Shown piece after piece: positions 41,710 to 52,174 of a DNA stretch of 64,000 nucleotides. The notes beneath the pieces were generated by a model that was not told the origin of the DNA, made no database searches, and saw only the letters and a list, made by a program, of their open reading frames with translations. This DNA comes from Anaeromyxobacteraceae bacterium. GTDB taxonomy: Bacteria; Myxococcota; Myxococcia; Myxococcales; Anaeromyxobacteraceae. A program made the translations under genes and the position numbers. Every line of letters begins with the position of its first letter. Position 1 is the first letter of the stretch. The stretch spans positions 160,001 through 224,000 of the forward strand of contig JAULAX010000002.1 of NCBI GenBank assembly GCA_032654565.1, written 5' to 3'.

Positions 41710-43665
41710 CTAGACGCCCTCCGTGGCCTTGGTGACCCGGTTCTGGATGTTTCCGTAGACCAGCAGGATGCCGAAGATCACCGTGGCGTAGGCCGCGGCG
41801 TAGCCGTACTGGTACTTCTGGAAGGCGAACTTGTAGGCCTGGGTGATGAGGATCTCGGTGGACCCGTTGGGATCGCCGCCGGTCACCAGGAAGATGATGT
41901 TGAACATGTTGAAGGTCCAGACCACCGAGAGGATCACCGCCGGGACCAGCGCCGGCTTCAGCGACGGCAGGGTGATGGCGGTGAACTGCTGCCAGCGGGT
42001 GGCGCCGTCCACCCGGGCCGCCTCGTAGAGGTCGGCCGGGATCGACTGCAGGGCGCCCAGCGAGACCACCATCATGAAGGGGAAGCTGAGCCAGCCGTTG
42101 GTGGCCAGCGCCGTCAGGTAGGAGGTGAAGGGGGTGTCGAACCAGGAGATGGGCTCCAGGCCGGCCATGGCCAGCACCTGGTTCACCACGCCGAACTGCT
42201 GGTGGAACATCCCCTTCCAGATCAGCGCGGTGATGTAGTTGGGCATGGCCCAGGGCAGGATCAGCAGCACCCGGTAGATGGGGCGGAAGGCCAGCCCCTT
42301 GGTGTTGAGCACCAGCGCCAGGACCAGGCCGAAGGTGACGCCGAAGGTGACGTTGGTGATGGTCCAGATCACCGTGAAGAGGAAGGTCCAGTAGAAGTTG
42401 AGGTAGTTCCAGACCAGGGCGCCGTCGGCGCCGCGCCGGGCGATGCCGAAGTCGGAGAGGATGGCGACGTAGTTGCGGAAGCCGACCCAGAGCTCCGAGA
42501 GCGGCGCGCCGGTGTTGTAGATGTTGGAGGAGGTGAAGCTCAGGGCGATGCCGTAGATGAACGGGAAGAAGACCAGCACGGTGGTGCCGAGCATGGCCGG
42601 GGCGATGTAGCGGTAGGCCTGCCGGTGGACCACCAGGGCCCGCCCGAAGCGGTAGATCAGCCCGGAGCCGACCAGCCCCAGCCCCAGCAGCCCCAGCAGC
42701 CCCGCCGCCACCAGCGCCCCGGTGGCGTCGCCGCGCGCCTTCCTCACCTCGGCCGCCGCCTGGGCCTCGACCAGCTGGCCGGAGGGGCCGATCAGCCCCC
42801 GCGGCCGCCGCATCTGGTCGACGTCCCAGCGCCCGGCGTCGAGCCCCGGCCCGGCCGCCAGCCCCTGGGCCGCCAGCAGCCGCTCGGCGCCCGCCTTCAC
42901 CTCGCCGGCGTGGCGGGAGAGCTCCCGCTGCGCCGCCCGGTAGTCCTGCTCGAGCCGCCCCACCTCCGAGGCGCCCAGCCCGCCGACGCCGGCCAGCAGC
43001 AGCGCCGCGGCCAGGAGCCCCAGCGACCAGCCCCGGGGCGGCAGCATCCGCGCCGCCAACCAGAAGGCGCCGAGCAGCACGGCGACGCCGAGCAGCTCCC
43101 GCCACGGCCCGGGCGCCCGGGGCGGCGGCTCCGGCGGCAGGTCGACCTGCACCAGGCCGACCACCGCCCCGTCCAGCTCCAGCGGCGCCGCCAGCCGCAG
43201 CCCGCCGGAAGGCAGCCGCTCCACCTCGCGCTCGCGCTTGGTGGCGCCGCCCTCCCGGTTCCCGTCCACCGCGCCGCGCAGCCGCTGGCCGCGGTCGAAG
43301 AGCACCTTGTCCTCCGGCGAGCTCCGCGCCAGCCGCCGCGGCGCCGCCAGCTCGCCCACGTCCACACGGGCGGTGGAGGCCTCGAGCTGCGCCCCGGAGA
43401 GCCGGACCACCCGCACCTCGGTCCCGGCCGGCTGCCCCGCCTGCCAGGCCGCCAGCAGGGCGCGCAGCGGCTCGCCCTCTCCCCCGGCCCGCTGCGCCAG
43501 CAGGTCGAGGGCCATGGCCGTCACCGCCCCCCGCCGCATGGCCAGCTCCTCGCGCAGGTTGGCCTGCTCGCCGCGCAGCAGCGCCCAGGCCCCGCCCACG
43601 CCCAGGGCCAGCGCCAGGGCCAGCCCCAGGGTGAAGCGGCGACGGAGGGTGCGGGGATCGTTCAC
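41710..43665 (-). CDS. malF: Maltose/maltodextrin ABC permease with long N-terminal extension
   Basis: YRVLLILPWAMP, LQSIP.DLYEAARVDGA, TFNMFN, YGYAAA. Confidence 0.9.
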   Translation of the reverse strand: MNDPRTLRRRFTLGLALALALGVGGAWALLRGEQANLREELAMRRGAVTAMALDLLAQRAGGEGEPLRALLAAWQAGQPAGTEVRVVRLSGAQLEASTARVDVGELAAPRRLARSSPEDKVLFDRGQRLRGAVDGNREGGATKREREVERLPSGGLRLAAPLELDGAVVGLVQVDLPPEPPPRAPGPWRELLGVAVLLGAFWLAARMLPPRGWSLGLLAAALLLAGVGGLGASEVGRLEQDYRAAQRELSRHAGEVKAGAERLLAAQGLAAGPGLDAGRWDVDQMRRPRGLIGPSGQLVEAQAAAEVRKARGDATGALVAAGLLGLLGLGLVGSGLIYRFGRALVVHRQAYRYIAPAMLGTTVLVFFPFIYGIALSFTSSNIYNTGAPLSELWVGFRNYVAILSDFGIARRGADGALVWNYLNFYWTFLFTVIWTITNVTFGVTFGLVLALVLNTKGLAFRPIYRVLLILPWAMPNYITALIWKGMFHQQFGVVNQVLAMAGLEPISWFDTPFTSYLTALATNGWLSFPFMMVVSLGALQSIPADLYEAARVDGATRWQQFTAITLPSLKPALVPAVILSVVWTFNMFNIIFLVTGGDPNGSTEILITQAYKFAFQKYQYGYAAAYATVIFGILLVYGNIQNRVTKATEGV

Positions 43666-43666
43666 G

Positions 43667-44878
43667 TCACTTGCCCTTGCGCAGGCCGGCCACGTCCTTC
43701 TCCACCGCCTTCTGGGCGGTGTCGAGGGCGCCCTGGGGCGAGGCCCCGGCGTTGATCTTGTTGAGGGCGGTGGTGGCCGGCGACCAGACCATGGTCATCT
43801 CCGGGACGTTGGGCATGGGGACCGCCACCTCCACCTGCTTCTTGAAGGCGGAGATCTGGGCGTCCCGGGCCACCGCGGGATCGTCGTAGACCGCCTTGAC
43901 CGCCGGCGTGAAGCGCCCCTCCAGCGCCAGCACCTTGGCCGCCTCGACGTCGGTCAGGTACTTCACCAGCTCGAAGGCCGCCTCCTTCTGCTTCGACGGG
44001 GCGGCGATGAAGACCCCCTCCACCGTCATCCAGGGGCGCATGGGCTTGCCGCCCGCCTCGCTGATGCCGGGCAGCGGCGCCAGCCCGTACTCGACGCCGG
44101 CGGCGATCTCGCCGAGGAACCAGGGGCCGGAGAAGACCATGGCCGCCTTGCCCTCGTTGAAGAGCGAGGTGATGAGCGCCACCGACGGCTCGGCCGGCAT
44201 GAAGCCGGCCTTGTTCCAGCCCTGCAGCTGCGCCATCCCGGTGACGTTGGCCGGGGCGTTGAGCGTCGGCTTGGTGCCGGGGCCGAAGACGGCGCCGCCG
44301 TTGCCGTTGAGCAGCGAGGCCACGTAGTAGAAGTCGTTGTAGGCCCAGGCCAGCCCGAACTTGCCGGCCGGCTTGTTGGTGAGCGCGGCGCCGACCTTGT
44401 AGAGCTCGGCGGTGGTCTTCGGCGGCGTGGCGATCAGCTTCTTGTTGTAGATGAGGGTGATCACCTTGTAGTCGAGCGGCAGGCCCCAGAGGCTGCCGCG
44501 GTAGGTGAGCGCCTCGATGGTGGTGGGGATGTACTTCTTCTTGAGGGCGTCATCGACGAAGAAGTCGATGGGCTCGACGGTGTTGCCGGCCTCGATCCAG
44601 CCGCCCATGCGGTCCTGGGCGTAGATGAAGACGTCCGGCCCCTTGCCGCGCGGCACCGCCGCCGAGACCTTGTCGGCGAAGGCGTCGAAGGGGACGGCCA
44701 GCGGCTCGGCCTTCACCTTGGTGCCGGGGCGGGCGTTGAAGGCGGCGATCACCTTCTCGAAGGCGGCCTTCTCCCCGCCCCGGTAGGCGTGCCAGATCAC
44801 CAGCCTGGCGCCTTGCGCCGCGGCCGCGGCCGGCAGGGCCAGCGCGGCGGTGAGGAGGAGCAGTGTCAGCTTGCGCAT
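43667..44878 (-). CDS. malE: Maltose/maltodextrin-binding protein
   Basis: Signal peptide; LVIWH, GPDVFIYAQDRMG, LIYNK, SGPW, PMPNVPEM..VW. Confidence 0.9.
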   Translation of the reverse strand: MRKLTLLLLTAALALPAAAAAQGARLVIWHAYRGGEKAAFEKVIAAFNARPGTKVKAEPLAVPFDAFADKVSAAVPRGKGPDVFIYAQDRMGGWIEAGNTVEPIDFFVDDALKKKYIPTTIEALTYRGSLWGLPLDYKVITLIYNKKLIATPPKTTAELYKVGAALTNKPAGKFGLAWAYNDFYYVASLLNGNGGAVFGPGTKPTLNAPANVTGMAQLQGWNKAGFMPAEPSVALITSLFNEGKAAMVFSGPWFLGEIAAGVEYGLAPLPGISEAGGKPMRPWMTVEGVFIAAPSKQKEAAFELVKYLTDVEAAKVLALEGRFTPAVKAVYDDPAVARDAQISAFKKQVEVAVPMPNVPEMTMVWSPATTALNKINAGASPQGALDTAQKAVEKDVAGLRKGK

Positions 44879-44898
44879 GGGTGGGTCTCCCTGGTGGA

Positions 44899-45993
<1,095 letters not shown>

Positions 45994-46097
45994 CGGGGAT
46001 TCTCCTCGCCAAAGGTCCAAGGGTGCATGACCATTATGTCATTTCCCCGGTCTGGCGCACGCGCGGCCGCCGCCGCACCCCTGTTAGATTCCCGGCC

Positions 46098-47213
46098 ATG
46101 AACCCCCGCACCGACCTCTGGATGCAGAACCTCGTCGACGAGCGCGACGGCGCCGCCCTCTACGAGGGGCTGGCCAAGTACGAGAGCGACGCCGGCAAGG
46201 CCACCAGCTTCACCGAGCTGGCTGCCGCCGAGCGGCGCCACGCCGAGGTCTGGATCCGCAAGCTGGAGAAGGAGGGGGTGGCCATCCCCGCCGACCGGCC
46301 CTCCTCGCGCATCCGCGCCCTCATCTGGCTGGCGCGGCGGCTCGGCAGCGAGGCGGTGGTCCCCATGATCCTGGAGGCCGAGGCCGGCGACGCCGACAAG
46401 TACGACGCCCAGGGGGGCGACGCCTCGGCCATCGCCGACGAGGAGCGGGCCCACCGGGTGGTGCTGGCCGGCATGGGCGACGGCCAGACCCGCGACGCCC
46501 GGGCCCTGATCGCCGTGCGCGAGCGCTGGCACGGCAACAGCGGGCGGGCCGGCTCGGTCCGGGCGGCCATCTTCGGCATGAACGACGGCCTGCTCTCCAA
46601 CCTCTCGCTGATCCTCGGCGTGGCCGGGGCGGGGGCCGACCCACACACCGTGGTGGTGACCGGCGTGGCCGGCCTGCTGGCCGGCGCCTTCTCCATGGCC
46701 GCCGGCGAGTACTCCTCGGTGGCCAGCCAGCGCGACCTGCTGACCCGCCAGGTGGAGCTGGAGAAGCGTGAGATCGAGGAGGCCCCGGAGGAGGAGGCGG
46801 CCGAGCTGGCGCTGATCTTCAAGCAGAAGGGGCTCTCCACCGAGCAGGCCTCCCGGGTGGCCGCCGAGATCCTCAAGAACCCGGCCCAGGCGGCCGACAC
46901 CCTGGTGCGCGAGGAGCTCGGGCTCGACCCCGACGACCTCGGCTCGCCCTGGAACGCCGCCTGGTCCTCCTTCGTGATGTTCGCGGTGGGGGCCACGGTG
47001 CCGCTCATCCCCTTCCTGCTCACCACCGGGACCACGGCGGTGGCCACCTCCGCCGCGCTCGCCTTCGGCGTGCTCGGGCTGGTGGGCGGCTTCGTCGGCT
47101 TCCTCTCCGGCACCAGCATCTGGCGCTCGGCGGCGCGGATGGTCGGGCTGGCGCTGCTGGCGGCCGGCGTCACCTACGCGGTGGGGCGCGCCTTCGGGGC
47201 CTCGGTCGGGTAG
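46098..47213 (+). CDS. VIT1/CCC1 transporter with N-terminal ferritin/rubrerythrin-like domain
   Basis: DERDGAALY...AERRH and EERAH; RAAIFGMNDGL, AFSMAAGEY, REELG. Confidence 0.88.
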   Translation: MNPRTDLWMQNLVDERDGAALYEGLAKYESDAGKATSFTELAAAERRHAEVWIRKLEKEGVAIPADRPSSRIRALIWLARRLGSEAVVPMILEAEAGDADKYDAQGGDASAIADEERAHRVVLAGMGDGQTRDARALIAVRERWHGNSGRAGSVRAAIFGMNDGLLSNLSLILGVAGAGADPHTVVVTGVAGLLAGAFSMAAGEYSSVASQRDLLTRQVELEKREIEEAPEEEAAELALIFKQKGLSTEQASRVAAEILKNPAQAADTLVREELGLDPDDLGSPWNAAWSSFVMFAVGATVPLIPFLLTTGTTAVATSAALAFGVLGLVGGFVGFLSGTSIWRSAARMVGLALLAAGVTYAVGRAFGASVG

Positions 47214-47221
47214 CGGCCCGC

Positions 47222-47860
47222 TCAGGGCACGCAGGTGGTCGAGGCGCACCCGCCCTTCAGCGAGCCGCAGAAGGCGGCGTCGGAGGCGGCGCAGATCGGC
47301 ACGTCGAACGACCCGGCCAGCGTGCTGCCGTCGGTGGCGTGGGCGCTGGCCGAGCCGCGCAGCCGGGCCGGGCCGACCTCGTCGAGGACCAGCCGGTCGA
47401 CCGTCCACTCCTTGGGGACGGGGAGCGGGGCGCAGGCCGGGCCGGTGCGGTCCAGGCCCGCCCAGAAGTGGTTCACCACGCCGTCGGCGTCGGCCATCCC
47501 GTTGGTGCCGGGGTCGTAGGTGCCGGGGACGATCGGCGCCACCGCGCCGCCCAGGGCGTTGCTCCGGGCCAGCGCCACCCAGGCGGTCACGGCGTCCGGG
47601 CGCTGGGCGCAGGTGGCGTGGTCGATGGCCAGGGCGCAGGCGCCGCCGACCGAGGAGAGCTGGATCCAGGCGAGGGCGTGCAGCCCGGGTCCGAGCGGCC
47701 CGCAGGCGATCGGCTCCACCAGGAACCCGGTGGCGTCGGCCGGCGTGAAGGGGGCCCCGGCGATGGTGCCGGCGAGGAGGGGCGGCCGCTGCGGGCCTGT
47801 GACGGGGGCGTCGCCGCAGGCGGCGGCGAGCAGCAGGGCGAGGGGGAGGGCGCGGCGCAT
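47222..47860 (-). CDS. Cys-rich hypothetical lipoprotein
   Basis: MRR plus lipobox AAAC; GSFDVPIC; several Cys. Confidence 0.65.
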   Translation of the reverse strand: MRRALPLALLLAAACGDAPVTGPQRPPLLAGTIAGAPFTPADATGFLVEPIACGPLGPGLHALAWIQLSSVGGACALAIDHATCAQRPDAVTAWVALARSNALGGAVAPIVPGTYDPGTNGMADADGVVNHFWAGLDRTGPACAPLPVPKEWTVDRLVLDEVGPARLRGSASAHATDGSTLAGSFDVPICAASDAAFCGSLKGGCASTTCVP

Positions 47861-47954
47861 GGGTCGCGAGTATGCACGCCGGAGGACGCACCGCAAGTGG
47901 AATACCGGTCGCGACCGGGGGGCCGGAGCCGGTGCCCCAGGCCCGGCCCGCGCC

Positions 47955-48014
47955 GGGCTCACGCACGGCCCGCGGGCTCACGCACGACCCGCGCACGGCC
48001 CGCGCACGGCCCGA
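47955..48014. repeat. Intergenic tandem repeat (2 x 19 bp plus 2 x 11 bp, core GCACGGCCCGC)
   Basis: GGGCTCACGCACGGCCCGC, GGGCTCACGCACGACCCGC, GCACGGCCCGC, GCACGGCCCGA read directly. Confidence 0.75.
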
Positions 48015-48044
48015 GCCTGCCCGGAGCTCGACCGCGGCGCGCCG

Positions 48045-48479
48045 TCAGGCGCTGGCGGGCCCCTGCTGCTGGCGGGCCGGAAGGCCGTGGGCCCGCAGGT
48101 GGGCGGCCAGCGCCAGGTCGGAGCCGGCCACGTGGGAGATCAGCCACTCCTCGATCCAGGCGCCCACCCGGACCGGCTGCAGCCCCGGGCCGCGCTTCCG
48201 CTCGTGCTCGGCGCTGAGCGCCATCAGCTCGCGGATGAAGCCGTCGTGCGCCTTCTGGTGCTCGGCCTGGCCCGGGTAGCCCGACTGGCGCATCCAGTCC
48301 TCCTCGGCGCCGAAGTGGGTCACGCAGTAGTTCCGCAGGTAGGAGAGCAGGATCCCGGTGTCCTGGCGGGTGCGATCGCCGAGGCTCTCCAGGAACTGCC
48401 CGGCGCGCCGGATGATCTCCTGGTGCTGCTCGTCGATCTCGGCGATGCCAACGCCCATGGACGGCTTCCACGTGATCAT
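48045..48479 (-). CDS. Single-domain bacteriohemerythrin
   Basis: W...MGVG..EID.QH, HFGAEE, HQKAH, WL..HVAGSD; SD GGAGG. Confidence 0.92.
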   Translation of the reverse strand: MITWKPSMGVGIAEIDEQHQEIIRRAGQFLESLGDRTRQDTGILLSYLRNYCVTHFGAEEDWMRQSGYPGQAEHQKAHDGFIRELMALSAEHERKRGPGLQPVRVGAWIEEWLISHVAGSDLALAAHLRAHGLPARQQQGPASA

Positions 48480-48585
48480 CGTCCCCTCCCTGCGTGAACC
48501 CTGCCGACCCCTGCATGCTACGCCATCGGCGCGGCGCGTCCGCTGCCGAAGTGCCGACTGACCCAGGTCAAGCCGCCCGGCGCCC

Positions 48586-49305
48586 CTACCGCTGCTCCAC
48601 GGCGTCGAGCAGCCGCTGGCGCACCGTGGCCCGCAGCGACTCCACGTCGTCCACCGACATCCCCACCGTGGAGATGGGCTCGAGGATGCGGACCAGGATC
48701 CGCGACGGCTTGATCCAGGGCTGGTCGGCCGGCATGGCGGCGCCGGCGCCGGAGATGGCCACCGGGATGATGGGCACCCCGGCCTCGATGGCCAGCTTGA
48801 ACGGCCCGGCCTTGAAGCCCTGCAGCTGTCCGTCGCGGCTCCTCGTCCCCTCGGCGAAGAGCCCCACCGGGATCCCATCGGCCAGGTAGCCGCGCAGCCG
48901 GGCCAGCGCCCGCCGGCCGTCGGCCTTCTCGCCGCGCAGCACCGGGACGTAGCCGGCCAGGCGGAAGGCCCAGCCGATCCAGGGGAGCTGGAAGGCGGAG
49001 CGCTTGCCGATCCACTTCAGGTTGGCGGGCAGGCAGGCCACCGCCAGGGCGTCGATGATCGACTGGTGGTTGGGGACCACCACGTAGGTGTGCGGGGCGG
49101 CGGGCAGCGCTCCCACCACCGTCACCGCCCAGAGCGGCGAGGCCCGCAGCAGGATGCGGCCGGCGTAGACCAGCGACCAGCCCACCAGGGTGCGGTGGCG
49201 GTCGAAGGGGAAGGTGAGCAGCCGCAGCAGCAGCGCCACCGGGAAGGTGAGGAAGATCACCGCGGCGGCGAGCGCGTAGGTGGCGGCGGCGAGGAAGACT
49301 CTCAC
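48586..49305 (-). CDS. plsC: 1-acyl-sn-glycerol-3-phosphate acyltransferase family
   Basis: NHQSIID, FAEGTRS, FKAG, IIPVAI; start uncertain. Confidence 0.85.
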   Translation of the reverse strand: MRVFLAAATYALAAAVIFLTFPVALLLRLLTFPFDRHRTLVGWSLVYAGRILLRASPLWAVTVVGALPAAPHTYVVVPNHQSIIDALAVACLPANLKWIGKRSAFQLPWIGWAFRLAGYVPVLRGEKADGRRALARLRGYLADGIPVGLFAEGTRSRDGQLQGFKAGPFKLAIEAGVPIIPVAISGAGAAMPADQPWIKPSRILVRILEPISTVGMSVDDVESLRATVRQRLLDAVEQR

Positions 49306-49388
49306 CCGCCCACGGTGCCGCCACCCCGGGATTCTGGCAACCACGAAAGGGCTCGCGCTCCGGCCGGGGAGGCGGCAGGCTGGCGCGC

Positions 49389-51083
49389 ATGAACGGCTGC
49401 CTGCTCGCGCTCCTCCTCTCCGGGACCGCCGCCTCGCCGCGCGGGGCCATCGCCACCGCCCACCCGCTGGCCAGCGCCGCCGGGGCCGAGGCCCTCCGCG
49501 ACGGGGGCAACGCCGTCGACGCCGCGGTGGCCGCGGCCCTGGCCCTCTCGGTGGTCCAGAACGAGAGCTCCGGGATCGGCGGCGGCGGCTTCGCGCTGGT
49601 CTGGCTGGCGAAGGAGCGGCGGCTGGTGGCGCTCGACTTCCGCGAGGTGGCGCCGGCCGCGGCCAGCCGCGACATGTTCCTCGTCGACGGCAAGCCGGCG
49701 CCGCGCCGCTCCACCGAGGGCGGCCTGGCGGTGGCGGTGCCGGGCGCGGTCAAGGGATACGCCGAGCTGGCGCGCCGCTTCGGCCGGCTCTCCTACGCCC
49801 GCCTCAGCGAGCCGGCGGCGCGGCTGGCGGAGCGCGGCTTCCAGGTGGGCCCGTACCACGCCCGGGCCGCCACCGAGCAGCGGGAGTGCCTCGGCGCCGA
49901 CCCGGCCGCCGCCGCCGAGTTCCTGGTCCCGGAGACCTCGGCGGCGCCGGGCGCGCCCCCGCGCCGGGTGGCCCGCCGCCCCGGCGACACGCTGCGCCGC
50001 CCCGACCTGGCCCGCACCCTGCGCCTGCTGGGGCGCGACCCCGAGGCGCTCTACCGCGGGGAGCTGGCCCGCAAGCTGGTCACCGCCGTCCGGGCCCGCG
50101 GCGGGCTGCTCACCGCCGCCGACCTGGCCGCCTACCGGACCGTGGAGCGCACCCCGCTGACCGGGACCTTCCGCGGCCACCGGGTGGTCTCCTGGCCACC
50201 GCCCTCGGCGGGCGGGGCCATCGTCATCGGCCTGCTGCAGGCGCTCGAGGGGGATATCACGACGGGTGAAGGCTACCGGCCGGTGGCCCAGCTGCACGCC
50301 TTCGTGGAGGTGGAGAAGCGGCTCTACGCAGCGCGGGCCGGCCGCTTCGCCGACCCGGCCTTCCTCCCCGGCGCCGACGCCGCGGCGGCCGAGCTGGTGA
50401 GCCCGGCCCACGCCAGGCGGCTGCGCGCCGAGGTGGGGGAGCGGGCCACGCCGTCGTCGACCCTCGCCCCGCCGGCGCCGGACGCGCCCGGCGGCGACCA
50501 CACCTCGCACCTCTCGGTGGTCGACGCCGAGGGCAACGCCGTGGCGCTCACCACCACCGTCAACGGCTGGTTCGGCGCCTGCGTGGTGGTGCCGGGGACC
50601 GGGCTCCTGCTCAACAACCAGATGGACGACTTCGACGCCGCGCCGGGGGTCCCCAACGCCTTCGGCCTGGTCGGCACCGGCGTCAACGGGGTGGCCCCGG
50701 GGAAGCGGCCGCTCTCCTCGATGGCCCCGACGCTGGTCTTCGACGCCGAGGGGCGGGTGGTGCTGGCGGTGGGGGCGCCGGGCGGCGCGACCATCCCCTC
50801 CACGGTGGCCCAGGTGATCATGCGCTTCCTCGGCGACGGGATGCCGCTCGACCAGGCGCTGGGGGCGCCGCGGGTTCACCACCAGTGGCTGCCGGACGCC
50901 GTGGTGGTGGAGCCCTTCGGCCTCGACGCCGCCACCGCCGAGGGGCTGCGGGGGCGCGGCCACGCGCTGAGCTTCCGGGCCCACCCGTTCGGCAACCCGC
51001 AGGCGGCGGCCATCGACTGGAAGACCGGGCTGCGGGAGGCGGCCAGCGAGCCGCGCTACGACGGGGCCCCGGCCATTCCCTGA
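49389..51083 (+). CDS. ggt: Gamma-glutamyltransferase
   Basis: GGNAVDAAVA, LDFRE.AP, HTSHLSVVD (Thr nucleophile), NNQMDDF, KRPLSSM. Confidence 0.95.
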   Translation: MNGCLLALLLSGTAASPRGAIATAHPLASAAGAEALRDGGNAVDAAVAAALALSVVQNESSGIGGGGFALVWLAKERRLVALDFREVAPAAASRDMFLVDGKPAPRRSTEGGLAVAVPGAVKGYAELARRFGRLSYARLSEPAARLAERGFQVGPYHARAATEQRECLGADPAAAAEFLVPETSAAPGAPPRRVARRPGDTLRRPDLARTLRLLGRDPEALYRGELARKLVTAVRARGGLLTAADLAAYRTVERTPLTGTFRGHRVVSWPPPSAGGAIVIGLLQALEGDITTGEGYRPVAQLHAFVEVEKRLYAARAGRFADPAFLPGADAAAAELVSPAHARRLRAEVGERATPSSTLAPPAPDAPGGDHTSHLSVVDAEGNAVALTTTVNGWFGACVVVPGTGLLLNNQMDDFDAAPGVPNAFGLVGTGVNGVAPGKRPLSSMAPTLVFDAEGRVVLAVGAPGGATIPSTVAQVIMRFLGDGMPLDQALGAPRVHHQWLPDAVVVEPFGLDAATAEGLRGRGHALSFRAHPFGNPQAAAIDWKTGLREAASEPRYDGAPAIP

Positions 51084-51108
51084 GGGAAGCCGGGCGCTTC
51101 GGGCCCTC

Positions 51109-51142
51109 TTCCTCCCTTCCCAGAGTTCCTCCCTTCCCAGAG
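51109..51142. repeat. Perfect 17-bp tandem direct repeat TTCCTCCCTTCCCAGAG x2
   Basis: 51109-51125 and 51126-51142 are identical. Confidence 0.85.
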
Positions 51143-51273
51143 TAGTTCGTGACGCGGTGGCGGCCGGTGGCCTCGCCCCTGGACCGGTCCGCGCCGCGGA
51201 CCCGGCGGCCGTCTCGCGACCTCGGCACGCGCCGCCCCGGCCCCTTTCACCAGCAAGTTCACGCGCTCCGCGC

Positions 51274-51289
51274 CGGCACGGCGGATGCT
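51274..51289 (+). promoter_or_regulatory. Sigma54 (-24/-12) promoter candidate for the type III cluster
   Basis: CGGCACG-GCGG-ATGCT with exact GG-N10-GC spacing; predicted start near 51300, just before SD GGAGGA and ATG 51315. Confidence 0.6.
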
Positions 51290-51314
51290 CCCTCCTCGGC
51301 CCGGAGGAACCACC

Positions 51315-51818
51315 ATGAGCCGAGTCGAGTCGATCAACGTCGCCACCACCACCGAGCGCAAGACCGTCCCAGGGCGCTTCGAGGCGGCGCTGCAGGGGGC
51401 CACCCGTGCGCTCGCCTCCGGGGTGGTGGGCGCCGTCGAGCTGGCCGCCCCCGCCGTCCCCTTCGGCACCGTGCTGGCCGGGGCGGTGCGCGGGGGGCTC
51501 CAGGGCGGCCCCGGGCCGTCCTCCGGTCCGACCGGCGGGGAGCGGCTCTCCCGGCTCGGCCCCGGCGGCGCCCCGCTGGGGAGCGGGGGACCCGGCGGCG
51601 TCCCCCTCACCGGCGGAAGTCCCAGCGGCGGCGGCGGCTCGCCGGGGGACCTGCTGGAGGCGACCCGCGTCATGCAGCAGGAGGCGCAGGCCATGAACCT
51701 GCAGTACCTGCAGCTCCAGGAGCGGATGCAGCAGGAGAACCGCGAGTTCACGGCCCTCTCCAACGTCATGCGGGTCAAGCACGACACCGCCCGCACCGCC
51801 ATCGGCAACGTCCACTAG
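51315..51818 (+). CDS. Putative type III needle/filament-like subunit
   Basis: C-terminal helix YLQLQERMQQENREFTALSNVMRVKHDTARTAIGNVH; first gene, ahead of the rod-like gene and sctJ. Confidence 0.5.
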   Translation: MSRVESINVATTTERKTVPGRFEAALQGATRALASGVVGAVELAAPAVPFGTVLAGAVRGGLQGGPGPSSGPTGGERLSRLGPGGAPLGSGGPGGVPLTGGSPSGGGGSPGDLLEATRVMQQEAQAMNLQYLQLQERMQQENREFTALSNVMRVKHDTARTAIGNVH

Positions 51819-51827
51819 GAGCCGACC

Positions 51828-52166
51828 GTGCCCATCCCACCCGTGGCCCCGGCCGCCGTCGCCTCCCCCGCACCGCGCCCCGCGGCGGGGTCCGGCTTCG
51901 AGGCCCGGCTCGCCGCCCACGCCACCCCACCCCGGGCCCCGCCTCCCCCGGCGCCGCTGGCCCAGGCCCTCCGCTCGCTGGAGGCCTCGCAGGCCCGGCT
52001 CGACCGGGTGCTGCAGGCCGCCCGCGCCGGCCGGACCTTCACGGCGGGTGAGTTGCTGGCGCTCCAGGCGGACACCTACCGCTTCGCGCAGACGCTCGAC
52101 GTGGCCTCCAAGCTGGTGGAGCACGGGGTCCAGTCGGTGAAGCAGGCGGTCAACGCCCAGGTCTAG
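51828..52166 (+). CDS. Putative type III inner-rod protein (SctI/HrpB2-like)
   Basis: ELLALQ...LDVASKLVE.GVQSVKQAVNAQ C-terminus; directly upstream of sctJ. Confidence 0.6.
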   Translation: MPIPPVAPAAVASPAPRPAAGSGFEARLAAHATPPRAPPPPAPLAQALRSLEASQARLDRVLQAARAGRTFTAGELLALQADTYRFAQTLDVASKLVEHGVQSVKQAVNAQV

Positions 52167-52174
52167 AGGCCACC

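Noticed and set aside
47955..48014. Tandem repeat considered as a mini-CRISPR
   Set aside because: Units are adjacent without unique spacers, too short, and no cas genes are present
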